Assembly: GCA_025558095.1 (NCBI GenBank)
Contig: JAIVFI010000031.1
Coordinates: forward strand, 124,001 to 188,000
Reading direction: 5' to 3'
DNA: 64,000 nt
From: Hyaloraphidium curvatum SAG 235-1
Lineage: Eukaryota > Fungi > Monoblepharomycota
Translations under genes and position numbers: made by a program
The notes under the pieces: generated by a model
Told to the model about the DNA's origin: nothing
Databases searched by the model: none
Seen by the model: only the letters and a program-made list of their open reading frames with translations
In this document: positions 46,250 through 62,353 of the stretch, piece after piece
How the letters are laid out: every line of letters starts with the position of its first letter
How positions within the stretch are numbered: the stretch's first letter is position 1

Positions 46250-48572
46250 TTAGACTGGAACGTCAGTCCCGGGTCAAAACCAAACAGCAACGGGCGGCAG
46301 CAGCGAGACTCACATGCAGAGATTGCTCTTGCCGAGAAGTACTTGACGTCGATGTCGCTGTCGTCGTGGAGCCGCATCAGCGTCGGCTTGATCTGGTCGT
46401 TGACGAGGGACGAGAGCTCGGGCACGTTGAGGACCGGGCTCAAAGTCTCGATGGATTTCGCGACGTTGAAGCGGATGTTGGGTATCGGGTCGCTGCTGAG
46501 GTTGAGGACCGTGGGTATGATGACGTCGTTCAGCACTTGGGGCGTCGAGACCTGTGCGAGCGTCTGGAAATCGATCTCAGATTAGAACCCTGTCAATACG
46601 CCAAACGAGCGACTCACCGTCAGGGCAAAGATGGTCGTTATCCGGTAGAGGTAGTTCTGGTTCGTCGCCAGCTCCAGGACCCGCGGGATGATGGCCTTCT
46701 TGGCCCAGTCGATCCCAAAGACCTCGGTCAGCCGCCGCAGGTTGCCCGTCGCCGCCTCCCGGATCGAAAACACCGCGTCGCCCAGCCACTGCATGCACAG
46801 CACGCCCAGCTTCTCGTCGAAGAAGTCGACGCCGAGCTGCTGCGCCAGCAGCGGGATGTTCTCGATGATGGCCAGCCGCACGCGCCACTGCTTGTCCTCG
46901 GCAAGCTCGACGATTGCGGGGAGGAGCGATTGCGAGAGGAGGTCGATGCCGATGACTGTACAGACATGAGTCTCGGTGACTTGCCAAAGGCGGGCCTATC
47001 GTACCTTCGTTCACGCGATCCAGCTTCGAAATGATGTTCAGCCGAACCTCGGGGGCCTCATCCTTCAGCAACTGCAGGAACATGGGGAGGAGCTGCTCGA
47101 TCGTGCTGCAAGTGCTGTTCAGTGAAGCCCCGTCTTCAACAGCGAAGAAGACTCACGCTTGCTTGCCGAGCAGCGGTGCCAGACCGCTGATGTGCGTGGC
47201 GAGCGCGGCACGAACGTACTGGGACTGGTCGACGGCCAGGTCCTTGACGCACGGCAGGATGTTCTGGACGATTGAGTCGTAGCCGATGGATTCCGAGAAA
47301 CCAGGAACCTGGGTCGATGCTGCCGTGCGCACCTCCGCCTCCGTGTCCCGAAGGAGGCGCACGTACGCCGCCAGCAGTTCCTCGCGCACCATTTCTTTCC
47401 CGACCGCGCTGCTCAGCTGCGGAATCACGGGTTATTGTCATGGCCTTGCTGCCGCAACTGGAAAGGAACCCACAGAAACAAACTTGTCCGCCACCATGTA
47501 TCGCACCCTCCACGACTTGTCGGTGCACATCGTCTTGAACACCTGCATGACGTGCTCCGCATTCTCCTCCGGCGTGAGGATCTCGGCGATGACGATCAGG
47601 TCCTCCACGGCGAGCAGCCGGACCGAATCCTGGTCGTCCTGCGCGATGATGTTGAACAGCGGGATCATCTCCGAGATGATGTGGGCCTTGTCGACGACCT
47701 TGGTCAGTTTCTTGAAGGTGAAAAGGAGGTGAGCGGCCAGGAGAATAGTGACGAGCAGTTGAAGCTCACGCCAAGGTTGCTGGCGGCTGCGCGCCGGACC
47801 ATGGGCATCTCGTCCCGGCACAGCTGACCGTACAGCCTGCAGAACGCGGAATCAATAACCAATCCCCATCCAGAACAGAAAAGAAACCTACTTGCGAAGC
47901 TCGTCCTGAGTTGCAGGAGCGCATTTGGAGTAGACCGGCGCGTACAGCCCGCACGCGCTCGTCCGGCTCGTGAACCATTCTCCTCCTGTCAGCCGCTTGA
48001 TCAGGGGCATGAAATATTCCTCGACCTGTTTTTGGCTCAGGACGGCGACGATTTTGCCCAGAGAGTCGACCGCCTGCGTCCGCGTCGCGTTGGCCAAGAG
48101 CACCATTTCACCGGGGCCGGTATGCCCACCTTCTCCCGAACCACGGTCTCCTCCACGGCAGCAAGATTCTCCAGAGGTCCCAGAAGAATGTGCGCGTACT
48201 CCGGCCCGCCGACAAAGTCGACGAAACCGCCCAGCTCGTCCGCGAGCGCGAGCAGCACCTCGTCCTCGTCGTCGATGGATTCTGCCGCGACCGCGCCGTC
48301 AGAGCTCCGCAAAGATAGCCTCGGCCGCCGGCGCCGGCCCGCAGCGCCCCGGAGCCCGGGCAATGCAAAGGGAAATCACCATCGAGGAACGGGACCAGCT
48401 CGTCGCGGGTGCGCTCCACGCCCAGCGCCAGCGCGATTGTCGACAGCCGGCGGATCGCATTGAGGCGCAGCGCCACGTCGTCGTGCTTCAGCTCGTCGAT
48501 GAGGACCGCGATCGGGTATAGCGACTCCTGACCGCCGTCCCCGGACACGTCCATTGGCTGCGCGGCCTCCAT
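46250..48572 (-). CDS. TPD3: PP2A scaffold subunit A (HEAT repeats)
   Basis: [69 protein letters not shown]; many introns. Confidence 0.95.
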
Positions 48573-48781
48573 GCCGGGCGGCGCTCGGCGCGCCTCCGCG
48601 CACAGGTGACCAGAGCACGAGCGGGCGCGCCTCGGACGGACGCGCGGATTCCGGACCCGCGCCTCTACGCGCGAGCGAGTGTGGCGCGTTTGTCGCACCT
48701 GAGCCGTTCACGCGCAGAAACGCTTTGACCAGGGGTGTTCCAACACTGTCTCGACGACCAATAGAGAGCTTGAGCGCGGCA

Positions 48782-49299
48782 ATGTCGGAGCCGGCGGCGT
48801 CCGTAATCTCGCACACGACTCCAAGCGTGGTTTCGGAGGCAGTCTCTTCGAGCACCGCGCCGCAGACTGCCGGACCTTCGGAACCCCAACCTCCCTTGGA
48901 CGATCCGGACGCGTTCCCGAAAGATCAGTTCCCGAAGGACACTGATACCGAGGAGTTTTACGCGAAGCTCGACAATATCCGGCAGCAGCAGCTCGCTCTG
49001 GCCGCCGAGCACCTGAAGCTGACGTCGATCGAGCCCGAAGGCTTGAACCTGAAGGACATGATGGCGGAGGACGAGGAGACGGCGGCAAAATATCAGCGCA
49101 ACAACGAGCAGTTTGCCAAGAAGGAGGCCGAGGTCGCTGGACTCATGGACAAGGTGGGACGTCGCAAGGCAGATGGCAGAGTGGCTTCCTGACCCCGATC
49201 GCCACGAAGCTGGAAGCTCTCGCGCAGTCTATGGACGAGCTCTTCCAGAAGCCTCTCGGCGCGACGGATCCGAATCCTCCACCGAAGGCCCCGCCTTAG
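48782..49299 (+). CDS. small coiled-coil protein (CCDC28-like?)
   Basis: KLDNIRQQQLALAAEHLKL...GLMDK|LEALAQSMDEL; one intron. Confidence 0.5.
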
Positions 49300-49511
49300 G
49301 GCGCGCAGAGTTGTCTTTCGCAGTCTTCCCATTCGCAGTTCGCCCGCTCGGCGCGTTACTCCCCCATCGGTTCATACCGACACTCCTTGGCTGCCGCCAC
49401 TGTAGCTGGGCAATATGTCTCGCGCTCGATCGGCACCATTAGCGGGGAGAGGCGTCGCGGCAGTGATGGGCGAGACGCGACAACCAATCAAATAGAGTTG
49501 CCCTCGTCCCG

Positions 49512-52500
49512 ATGGGCAAGGGCGGCAAGCGGAAGGCCGACCCGAACAAGGCCTTCCAGAAAAAGAAGCAGAAAGTCGGCGGCCCCAAGGGCCCGCGGCC
49601 GAATGAGACCAACACGTCCTTCACGGCGAGGAGTGGGTCTCCCATCCCGGCTTCCGGAGCGCGAACCGACCCTCGGCCACAGCCGTGCTGGTTCCGACCC
49701 AGAACCTGACGACAGCCAGCGACGATGAGGAAGAGAACGGGCTGCAGGTGGCCGATTTGGTGGCCCGGTGTCACCACCACAAGGGAGCCGCCAAGAGAGG
49801 TCGGCTCGCCTGTCACCTTGGCTGTCTCACATCTGACATATGGACCGTGGGATTAGACGCCGTCGTGGCGCTCCACAAGCACGTGGTCGGCAACGCGGAC
49901 GTCGTGGCGAGGGAACTCGGTGCTATCGTCGAAGGACTGGCCCCATTGGTCGTGGACGACGTTGGTTGCTGTCGGAGCTCCGTTCATGACCGCCTCGTTA
50001 ACCATTCAACGGCTGGACAAAGGATGCCGAAGTGCGCAAAGCCGTTTGTTCTTTCCAGGAGGCGCTGCTGGAGACTTTGCCTCGAGTAGGGGCATCGAGT
50101 GACGTCTCGCGAATGAGGCCAACGTTCTACCCCGACAGGACACGGTGCGCGCGATATCCAAGCTTCTCATTATGTACGTGGTTTCGGCCATGACCCACAT
50201 CGACGAGGACATTCGGGTGGACGCCTTGGCGTCCGTCAGGATGTGGCTGGAAAGCAACCTCTTCGACGACGTCGAGTTGCGGGAAAAGGCGAGTGCTACA
50301 GAGAGGAGGATAACTTGCAGGACGCTTATCTGAGGACGTTGCAGATGTTTCAGAACCTTGTGGCGATGATGTCGAAGGATGCCAAGACGTCCCACGGAGC
50401 ATGTTGGTGGATGTCCTGGTGCAGCTGACTGGCCCTTACCGTTCCGAATCATAGCTCTCAACAGCCGTATGCTGTCTCCCAAGAGCCAGTTGGAAGCACT
50501 GGTCTGCTTCCGCCTTTCCCTCGAGTCGTCAAGCACCCCGGTGCTGCTGAATGGCCAACGGCGATCGGGTGTGAGGAAGTGGCCAGTAACTGTTGGTTCT
50601 CCCTACCTCTCGTCCTTGCTTCAGCTCACGTGGCTCTGCTGCTTGCCAGGAGGGTCAAGTTTGCCAAGTGCCAACTGCTGACGATCTCTACAAGATTGTG
50701 GGTGCACATACGGAAGGGCTCGCACATCAGGCCTGGTCTGACACTCCGCTTCAGGGCAACGACAATTCGTCGCGTGGAACCCTCGCGAGCAAGATCGATA
50801 AGAGCCTGGCCGAATCCGTTTGGTCCTTCCTGATCGACTGCTGGATCGAGAGTCTTCCCGAGGCAATGAATCCTTCAATTCCGAAAGGAGCCATCCGGTA
50901 CAACATCCTGGTCGAGATCCTGAAGGTGATGGATCGCCTGTGGAGGCTTGCTTTCGCTTCGGGTGCCGATGGCGAAGCCGTTCAGACCCGGCTCTGGACT
51001 GCGGTGAACAAGCACGTGGCTTCCGTCTTCCCTGTCGGTTCCAAATCCGCGACCAAGGTGGTGGCATCTGCACCTGCGCCTCCAATTCGTTCTCACTCGC
51101 TTTACCAGGACCAAACGCTCTTCCGCGATCTGAACTTTGCCTTCTGCGAGCTCGCCGGATCTTTTTCGGAGTCTTTGGCGGGACCGGAGGTGGAGCAGGC
51201 GTTCTTGAGCGCGGCAAACTTCCTGAAACGCTCTCTTGCTGCCGAGGTGTGCTCGATCGTGCTGCATTTGTGGCTCTTGCTCATTTGCTCCTAGGTCACG
51301 GGCTGGACTTCGGTCACCGCTACGGCCAGGAACCTGATGGGAGTGCTGGAGAAGGCCATCGGTCTCGTCGATCTTGAGGTGGCGCAGTCGCTCCTTGAGG
51401 TTTGCCTGACGACATGTGCCCGCAATGGCGCAAACTCACGTGCACCCGCAGCCTTTCATAACAGCTCAACGAGAGATCCATTACTCGACACCGGCGCGGT
51501 TGGAGTCGACCCGTTTCCTTGGCAATCTTTTCCATGCTTTTGCCGCTCGACACGGTTATGCCGCCGCGTTCGGCGCTTTCCGAGCTTGGATACTGTCCCT
51601 GCCAGAGCTGCTCTGGCAGATGCGATCCAGCAACTCCCACGATTCCTTCGCGGTACGCACCGCCCGCCTGTGGCATCACTTGTTGTTGCTAAGGACTGTT
51701 GTCTCAGGCCATTGTCGACGTTTTCGGGCGTGTGATCAGCAGCCTGCCTTCCAAAGAAGGTTTCGCGGATGCCGACTTGACCGCAGCTCTAGACAAGGCC
51801 TTCACCCCGCTCTTTACCGTGAACGTCCCCAAGAAAGGTTCGTTGATCACGCCGAGGGAGTATTGGCAATCATCTCACTCCGTTACTGCTGCCAGGGGTC
51901 ATTCTCGGTCCCTTTGTCCGGCAGCCCGATGATGTGCAGAGGACACTCATCGCGATCGCCTTTTGCCACGGGCTTCCGCAAGATAAAGTATGCCGTGCTC
52001 TTGTCTACTGCTGCAACAGTGAGTTTACCGCGCTTGGACGGTGCGTTGTCTTGACGCTGCTCCTATCAGTTCCGACTGTGTCTCTATCGACCGTTGATTT
52101 TGCGCTGGACTTGCTGGAAGCGGCGGTCGAGGACGACAACGCTGCAATGCCCACCTATCTCGGCGCGCTGCTGTCGCTCCTCGTCGGATACTTCTCGGCG
52201 GATTTGCGCGCGCTTTCAGAGGGCAACGCTGTCTTGGACGTTGATGTGGGCTTGCGGGAGAAAGTGCAGTCATGGGAGGCAAGTCTTGAAGTGCTTTTCT
52301 TCGCTACATCAAGCTTGACGGATAGAAAACGTTCGCAATCCTACAGAGAAGCGGCTACAAAGCTTCCGCTACTCGGGACGATGCGCACGCGCGCCTCGCG
52401 GCCATGACTACGGCGGACTTTGTGTCGTGGCGTTTTGAAGTCGCCAAGGTGGGTTGGATCGGACACAGCAGAGCACTGGGATGCTAATCGGACGAATCTG

Positions 52501-53123
52501 CAGCTTGTCATCAATCACCTCGGCAGGCTGGCGCCCGCGGAGCTCCAGCGTGCTCTTCGATCCTGGGCTGCGCCTATTTCTTCATGGGCAAAGCTGCCAG
52601 CACCTGCAGACTCTTTGGCGGCGGTCCTGCTCGCCCTCTGCACCTTTCCGCTTCCGGACGAACTTCATGGTATCGTTCTCGAGCGGGCAATTGCCTTGCA
52701 CATTCACGACCGGCTCAAGCACGGAGCACGGGAGGTTCGTTGACCTCGGAGCCACCAAATTCATTCGAATGACTTTTGATCTCACAGGTTTCGTGGATCC
52801 GCGATGCCGTGGATCTTGCTTTCCGCTGGATAGTGCGCTCCTGTCTGCCTCTCTTTGCGGACGTCCTGGAGATTGTCGTCACATCTCCGGACACGGCGGC
52901 GGACCGCCTGCTCGGGCACCTCGATTTCGCGCAGGACCTCTTCGATTCCGGCCACATGGCGGGCGCATCCCTCGATGCGGCGGTGACAGCCAAGCTCCGC
53001 GGCGCCTTGGAAAAGGCGCGCGCCGCTGACCGCGGCTTTTCCCAAGCCGACAAGCTGCAGATCGCCCAGACGGCCTCGCGGGCCGGGGCGCTGCTGGGCT
53101 CGATCATTCTTCGGACAGGGTGA
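49512..53123 (+). CDS. IPI1: pre-rRNA processing protein Ipi1/TEX10 (ARM repeats)
   Basis: FQKKKQKVG...PNETNTSF.AR, YVVSAMTHIDEDIRVDAL; many short introns, 3' exons approximate. Confidence 0.75.
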
Positions 53124-53198
53124 GGCAGGACCTCGCGTCGGCATTGTCCATCTCCTGCGCGCTCCCTGCGGTGGCCATCTCCGGCGCGCACCGCCGCA

Positions 53199-54327
53199 TC
53201 AGGGCTGTTTGTGGTCGAACGTTAGCCGTTGTCGCTTGCGACTGCGGTTCGGCGCACCCAGGAAAGGTTTGTAGCGCTGCTCGGCCGGTTCGTCGTCCGC
53301 GAGCCGCCTTTGCTCAGCCGCTTCCTCCTCAGCGCCGCCCGTTTTCCTGCGGTCCGAGTCAGCCGGGTGCTGCAAGCAACCAAGGAGCAACGCACCAGAC
53401 CCGCGCCAGCCTCCGCTCCTTGTCCGAGATCGGCTTCTTGTCGAGCGACGTCAGCCCTCCCAGCGCGGCCAGCACGGCTTTCCGGTAGCCGCGGACGTTG
53501 CGCACGATGGGGTTCTCCTCCAGCGAGAGCACGGCCTGTTGGCGGCGTCAGCCGGCGTTGGGAGGCGGCACGTGGTCGGCGTACCAGGCTCGGCATCCGC
53601 GCGAGGATGTCGATCAGCTCTTCGCCGGCCAGTCTGTTGTACCCCAGCTCCAACACGCTGCACGCACGGGAATCAGCCGCGCTTCCCGGCATCCCCGCAT
53701 CTCCCGCACCTCAGCTTGGCGCACCCAGCGACGCCCTCCACGTCCTCGGCCCGCGCCAGCATGTTCCTCGACAGATCCAGCGTCTCGAGGCACGGCAGGT
53801 AACCCAGATCCGGCACTTTGCAGACGAGGTTGCCCGAGAGGTTCAGCGACGTCAGCTTCGCCAGAAAGTCCAGCCGCGGGATGTCGCGGATCGCGTTGCA
53901 CTGCAGGAAGAGGCAGCGGAGCTCCGCGAGCGAATCTGCCCCGGAAGCACGTCAGCTGCCATCTCTTGCGACCGGCAACCAAGACAGACCGAGTCCCTCG
54001 ATGTCGCGGATGCAGTTGTTGTCCAGGAACAGCGTCCTCACCCCCGTGTACGGCTCGAGGTTCCTGATCTCCCCGAACCCTTCCCCCGGCAAATCAGCAC
54101 CTTCGTCCGGGCCGACCGGCGGAGAAAGCACCTTGGTAGTGCAGGAACAGCCTGTCGTTGAGCTCCGGCACGGCGTACAGCCCCTGCGCGCGGCACAGCT
54201 CGCGGAGGAGCCGGGGGGTCATGAGCGTGCGCCCGAGGGAGTCGAGCTCCCGCGCGCGGAGGGGCTTGGTGGGGAGCTGGATGGTGCCCGGCGGGCCCGG
54301 CGAAGGAGCGGGGTCCTCGGGATCCAT
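53199..54327 (-). CDS. DNAAF1: dynein axonemal assembly factor 1 (LRRC50/ODA7)-like LRR protein
   Basis: MTPRLLRELC..QGLY.VPELNDRLFLHYQG, NLEPYTGVRTLFLDNN, LRRs, LRR cap YRK...LTSLD.KPI..KER. Confidence 0.8.
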
Positions 54328-54453
54328 CGGAATTGCAGTTCGAAGTCCGATTTGCCAGGGTGACGGTGGCGATCAGGGACAGTCAGGGGGCCAGCTCGCA
54401 AGCAGTGGAACCGCACGACCGCGCCGCGCGACAAAGCCTCGCATTCTCTACAT

Positions 54454-56719
54454 CTACCGTGCCCTCAAGCTCGCCCCCGCATCCAGCACCTCCTCGGTGC
54501 ACCCCCCCAGGTCCAGCGCGTCCAGCGCCTCCCAGTCCGGCTCCCGCGGCTGCCCCGCGCCGGGCCGCCGGCGCTCGTAGAAGAGCACGTACACGTTCTG
54601 GCTCGCCACCACCTCGGGGGTCGTGGGGAGCGCGACCGAGTCGTTCATCTCGAACCACGCGTCGGCGCCCGAGTTGTAGACGTAGGAAACGTAGTGTCCC
54701 GATCCGAGCTGCCCGTGGTGGACCACGGCGGCGTAGAGATCGTAGAGGGTGTTCTTCACGTGGTCGCTGAAAGGGGCGGGTTGCGACGTCAGCGGCGTGG
54801 CAAATCTCCCGCCGGCCGCGGCTTACCTCGTGAACGGCGCCATGTCCAGCCCCACGAGCGGGAACTGCACGTACGTGTCGATTTTTGCCCTCGAGCTGCG
54901 CGAGTAGCGGAACCGCTTCACGTGCAGGCACAGGATCTCGGGCAGCCGCTTGATGAGGAACTTCTTCGTGATGCGCTCCATGTCCTTGCAGTTTTCGCAG
55001 CGGTACCGCTCGCTCTCGGCGAGGGTCTCGAGCTCGGTGAAGGACTGGAGGCAGTCTGGCGGCGCGGGAGCGTTCAGCGACCGGCCGACCTTTCCACCGG
55101 TCCCCCAAAGACTTACCGACGATGGTGCAGGGGTACAGCTTCTGCTCCAGCTTGTTCCTCCTCGCCACGAAGCGCTCCGGGATGGTCAGCGACATGTCCA
55201 GGAAGGGGTCCTCCTTGCTGGACACGCGCGAGCACCGCAGGCACGTGACCTGGTTCCACAGCACGCCGCGGAAGGTGCGCATCATGATGCCCTCGTCGCC
55301 CGCGCTCAGCTCGTTGTGGAGGCGGTCCAGGAGGTAGCGGAGGAATTCCTGTGCGTCCTGTGGGGGCACGTCAGCGATCCCTACCCAGTGAGAAGCCCGC
55401 GCCGGGCAGGTACCTGCTGCTGGTAGCCCTTGAACATGGGCACCACCTTCCAGACCGACTGCAGGAAGCTGTCCGGCGACAGCGAGAGGCTCTCGGAGGA
55501 CCACATGTCCTTGATGAGCGCGGCAAACTCGGCCGAGAGCGAGACGCCGCCCAGGTTGGTCATCCTCCGCGTCAGCGGGCGCGGCTGCGGGCCGCCCGGG
55601 GCCGACGTGGGGCTGGCGGACGACGAGGCGGGCACGGAGGGGGCGGCGGAGGGTGCGGAGGAGGGGAGGGGGGGAGGGGTGTAGTTGCTGAAGTAGTCCT
55701 TCAGCAGTTCCGTCGCGCTGGCGGGGTGAGGCGTCAGGCGAGGGAACCGGCAGCGGCCGCCGGCGGTCCCACCTGAGCGCCTGGAGGATGGCGTTCATGA
55801 AGCACGTGTTGCCGAGGTTCATGAGTCCGGTGATGCCGCGGTGCTTGACCAGCTCCAGCTTGCGCTTCTTCCGCGCGCGCGGCTGGACGGCGCCGCCGCC
55901 GCAGAGGTCCGCCTGGCGGTGCGCGCGCAGGCTGTCGCGTTGGCCGAAGCGGGGCGGGAGGTGAGCGGGCGGCGCCCGGGGTCTGCCGCCGGGGGTCACC
56001 GACAGCGGCCGCCTCGGCAGCGCGGCGCCCTCGGCCACGACGGCCACCGAGTAGTCCGAGGCGCGCGACAGGTCCGACAGCGTCTCGTCGTCGTCGCCAA
56101 AGTCGTCTGGGTCGATTGCGCGGCGGATGACCTGGCGCACGGGGTCGAGCAGCTCGTCGTGCGAGCCGACGTAGTCGTCGCACTCGTAGCTGGGTTGCGG
56201 GGGGTGGGCGGGTCAGGGGAGCGTCCCCGGGGTGCCGGCAGCAGGGGTACCAGAATGTCGACAGGTCCAGCGGGTTGATTGTTGCTGCGTGGCCTGTCAG
56301 CTTGTGGTGCGCCAGGCCGTGCGCCGCCTCGTAGCTGGGCGGGGGTCAGGGCGGGCCGGGCGGGGCCGGCGGGCCACCCACCGGCCGCAGAAGGTCTCGC
56401 CGCACGCGAGGCACGTCCACAGCGACGGCCCGTGAGCGCGGCAGTCTGCGCGGGTCAGCCTCGGGGTCGCGGGAAACGGCGGCGGCGCACCTCGGCACAC
56501 AATGTCCCGCGCGCGCGCCACGCCTCTGAGCCCGGCGGCGACGCGGGCGGCGTCGATGGCCGGCGCGCCCGGCGCTGCTGAGAGGTGCGGGCACTCGCCG
56601 GCGGACGACACGGGCGACGGCCTGCAAAGGGTCAGCGGGGCTCCCCCAAAGCGCCGCCGCACGCACCACGGCGACACCACCGCCGACGCCGCGCCGCCCA
56701 CGCGCGCTGGGGGCTCCAT
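54454..56719 (-). CDS. ubiquitin-specific protease with zf-UBP (USP3/44/49-like)
   Basis: LWTCLACGETFCGR (zf-UBP), TGLMNLGNTCFMNAILQAL, QQQDAQEFLRYLLDRLH, VVHHGQLGSGHY, YVLFY. Confidence 0.92.
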
Positions 56720-57417
56720 CGCCGCGCCCGCGGCCGGGGAGGCCGACGGGGTGCCGGTCGAACCGGCTCAGAGAGGCCGAAACCAAAAGCGGGTGGTGCT
56801 GGCAGGTGGCTCCCTGGGTCACGTGAGACAATCACCCCGTCCCCGCACCGACGGGGGCCGCCGAATCAATCCATCACGGACTAAAATTCGCCGGGCAGGC
56901 CGGCACCTCGCTGTTCCGCATGTTTGCGGCGGTCCGCTGCCTCCGTGGTGCCATCCGGCAAGGGTCCCGTCCCTCATCCCGCCAGCCCAGATCAACGGCC
57001 AATGCAGCTTGTTTCTGGCTCTCCGACCTTCGACTAATGCTGCTTAGAATGTTTTCTCGGTCTCCTTGAGAGACCGCGGATTCGCCGGACCACTCCCTCC
57101 GGCGCCTCGCCACGCAAGCCCGAGATCGCGCTGCGCACCGGCAGGCTCTCCTACCCCCGGCAGAAACGTGTTCAAAAGCTGAAAAATCCAACGATGTCGT
57201 AGGGATGCGGGATTGGTCGGTGGGGAACCCGCGATCAGTCGCAGCGAAAGGAGAAAGCTGACTCAGCAAGTCGGCTTTGCCCCCCCGACCGAGCCCTGGC
57301 GGACGGGGGACGTACCGAGTCTCCGAAGACTCCGAAACGACCAGAACCCCATTCCTTTCCATCAAACGCTATCTCTTATGGCACACGCGACCATCTGGCA
57401 CCCTTCCGGCACGCCCG

Positions 57418-58295
57418 CTACTGCCTGGCGACCACCAGCCTCAGCGACCCCACCCACTCCGCCGTCCGCCTCAGATGCCCGTGCTTCCGATCCCATTCCC
57501 CGCTCTCCAGATCCCTCCTCAGCGCATCGACGCACCGCTGCTCCTCCTCCCTCGTCACGAAGCTCCACGACGACTGCGCCCGCCTCGCACCCTCGTCGAG
57601 GAACATCTCTGGCCGGCCGTAGTACGCCTCCACGAACCCGTCGCCACAATTAAGCGGGATCGGCACCTCCACGACCTCGGCGTCGCCTCCCAGCCCTTCC
57701 ACGAGGGTGCGCAGGGAAGGGAACCGCGGCACCTCGTTCTCGACGAGGGACGGCGTGTACTCGGCGAGCCAGAACTTCCCCAACCCCTCCGGATCGCACG
57801 TCAGCAAAACGATCCTGCCGCCGGCCTTGGTCACCCTCCTCATCTCCGCCAACCCCGCCGCGAGATCGCGCCACTGGTGCACGGTGAAGGAGCCCATGGC
57901 GGCGTCGAAGCCGGCGTCGGGGAACGGCAGCGCTTCGGCGGCGGCGTCGACGGCGGGCGGCAGGTTCGGCGGGCGTTGCGCGCGCATGGAGGCGCTGGGC
58001 TCGACGGGGACCACCTCGATGCCTTGGAAACGGCGTCGTGAGCGCGTGCCGGCGGCATCATCGGAGCGGGGAACGCACCGGGACCTTCGGGTTCGTAGCT
58101 CCCCGCCCCGGCGCCGACGTTGACCACCCTGCACGGCTTCCCGGCTTCGATGCCGAGGTGTTCCCACAGCATCTTCGCGATGGCCGGCTCCGGCCTCCTG
58201 TAGCAGCCGTAACCGGTCCCGTGGGCCGCATAGTCGACGTCACCGGCGCTGCCGTCCGCGGCGCGCGCTTGCGGGGCGGCGGGTGCGGCGGCCAT
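57418..58295 (-). CDS. class I SAM-dependent methyltransferase (bacterial-like)
   Basis: YGCYRRPEPAIA, VVNVGAGAGSYEP, VEPSASM, AEALPFPDAGFDAAM, VHQW, AYYGRPE; one intron. Confidence 0.85.
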
Positions 58296-58594
58296 CTTGC
58301 GGAGCGTGGACGGCGGGAGCGGGGTTTTGAAGGGACGGTGGTGAAGCACGGCGCGTTGTTCCGCCCGATGTCATCCGCGCCGGGCTGCGGAGGAAACCAA
58401 GTGCGGAAATGCAACGTTCCGAAATCGAGGAGCGATCGCTTTCCGGAGTTCGACGGACTTGTTCCGACGTTTTGGGATGATTCAGCGCGCGCCTCAGATC
58501 GTTAGGGTCGGGCGTCGCGCTCACCGTCGCGTCGCGGCGTCCTCAACCGACGCCCAACCGCTCAACCCCCCCACCGAACCCCGCGCATTCCACA

Positions 58595-59513
58595 ATGGTC
58601 CGTCGGCGCGCCTCCCGCCCGCGCGCGCGCTCACCCCCCATTTCCCGCGCGCAGGGCAAGGCACCGGCCAAGGACAAGGACGCCGCGCCCGGCAAGAAGC
58701 CGCGCAAGCCCGCCGAGGCCAAGGAAAAGGTGGCGGCCGCGGACGTGGACGGCGTGGTGCTGGCGTACCTGCGGAGGCAGAACAGGCCGTACAGCGCGAT
58801 CGTGGGTGGGCCGCGCGGGCGGTGCGAAATCGCGGCTGACACCGAACTGCTGATACAGGACGTGTTCAACAACCTCGGAGGTGCCGTCTGCATGGTTTCC
58901 TCCGTCCGTCGCGATGCCGATCGGCCCCTTTTGCGCGCGCAGGCACGATCCCCAAGGCGCAGGTGGTCAAGTCCCTCGCCGGCCTCTTCTCGTCGAACCA
59001 GATCCACGGCAAGTCGTACAGCAAGAGCTGGATCTACATGGCGCGGCAGGACGAGGGGGAAGCGCCGAGCCAGGCGGACCTCGAAGCGCTGGACGCGAAG
59101 GTGGCGGGTGAGTTGCCCGCGCGAGAGGTGCGATCGGTCCGCGCGATCGCTCACGGCATGGGATGCCGCCAGACCTCGAGAGCAAGCGCGACGATGCGCG
59201 GGACGAGAACAAGCGCAGGGTGCACGAGCTCCACGCCGCGCTGGCGGAGCCCACGGACGCTCAGCTGGAGGAGCTGCTGCCCAAGCTGCGCGCCGAGACG
59301 GAGGCGCTCGCCGCGCGGCTGGCGGCGCTGCGGAGCAACGCGGTCGCGGGTCCGAGCGAGGCCGAGAAGCTCGCGATCGCGGAGGAGGAGGCTAGGTGCC
59401 TGGGGAGGAAGAGGGCGTACGCGAGGCTCGAGGCCGACGTCGTGGGGCAGCTGTGCGACGCGACGCAGAGCAAGCCCGCCGCGTTCAGGGAGCAGGTCGG
59501 GCTCGAGGACTGA
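58595..59513 (+). CDS. HOP2: meiotic pairing protein Hop2 (TBPIP)
   Basis: VLAYLRRQNRPYSAI|DVFNNL, VVKSL..L...IHGKSYSKSWIY..RQ; coiled coil; C-terminal VGLED. Confidence 0.88.
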
Positions 59514-59635
59514 TACCCAAGGCAGTGAAAGCGAATGGTCCGAAGTACGTATCGTGTTCCTGGTATCATGCAGCAGCAAAACACAACCTCGATCGAGCCC
59601 ATCCGACTCCCAGCCGGGCCTCGTTTCCGGCGCCC

Positions 59636-62187
<2,552 letters not shown>

Positions 62188-62353
62188 ACGGGCGCGAGGC
62201 AGCTCTGATTTTGGCTGAGCTGGCTCTGTTTACGGCGACGCGCTCCGGCACAAAAGCTGCTCCACTTCGCATTCTTCATTCCACGCGTCCCGCACACCGT
62301 CTAGCCGCCGAATCCAGCGCATCGCATCGTCCACATCACCATCCGAGAGTACC

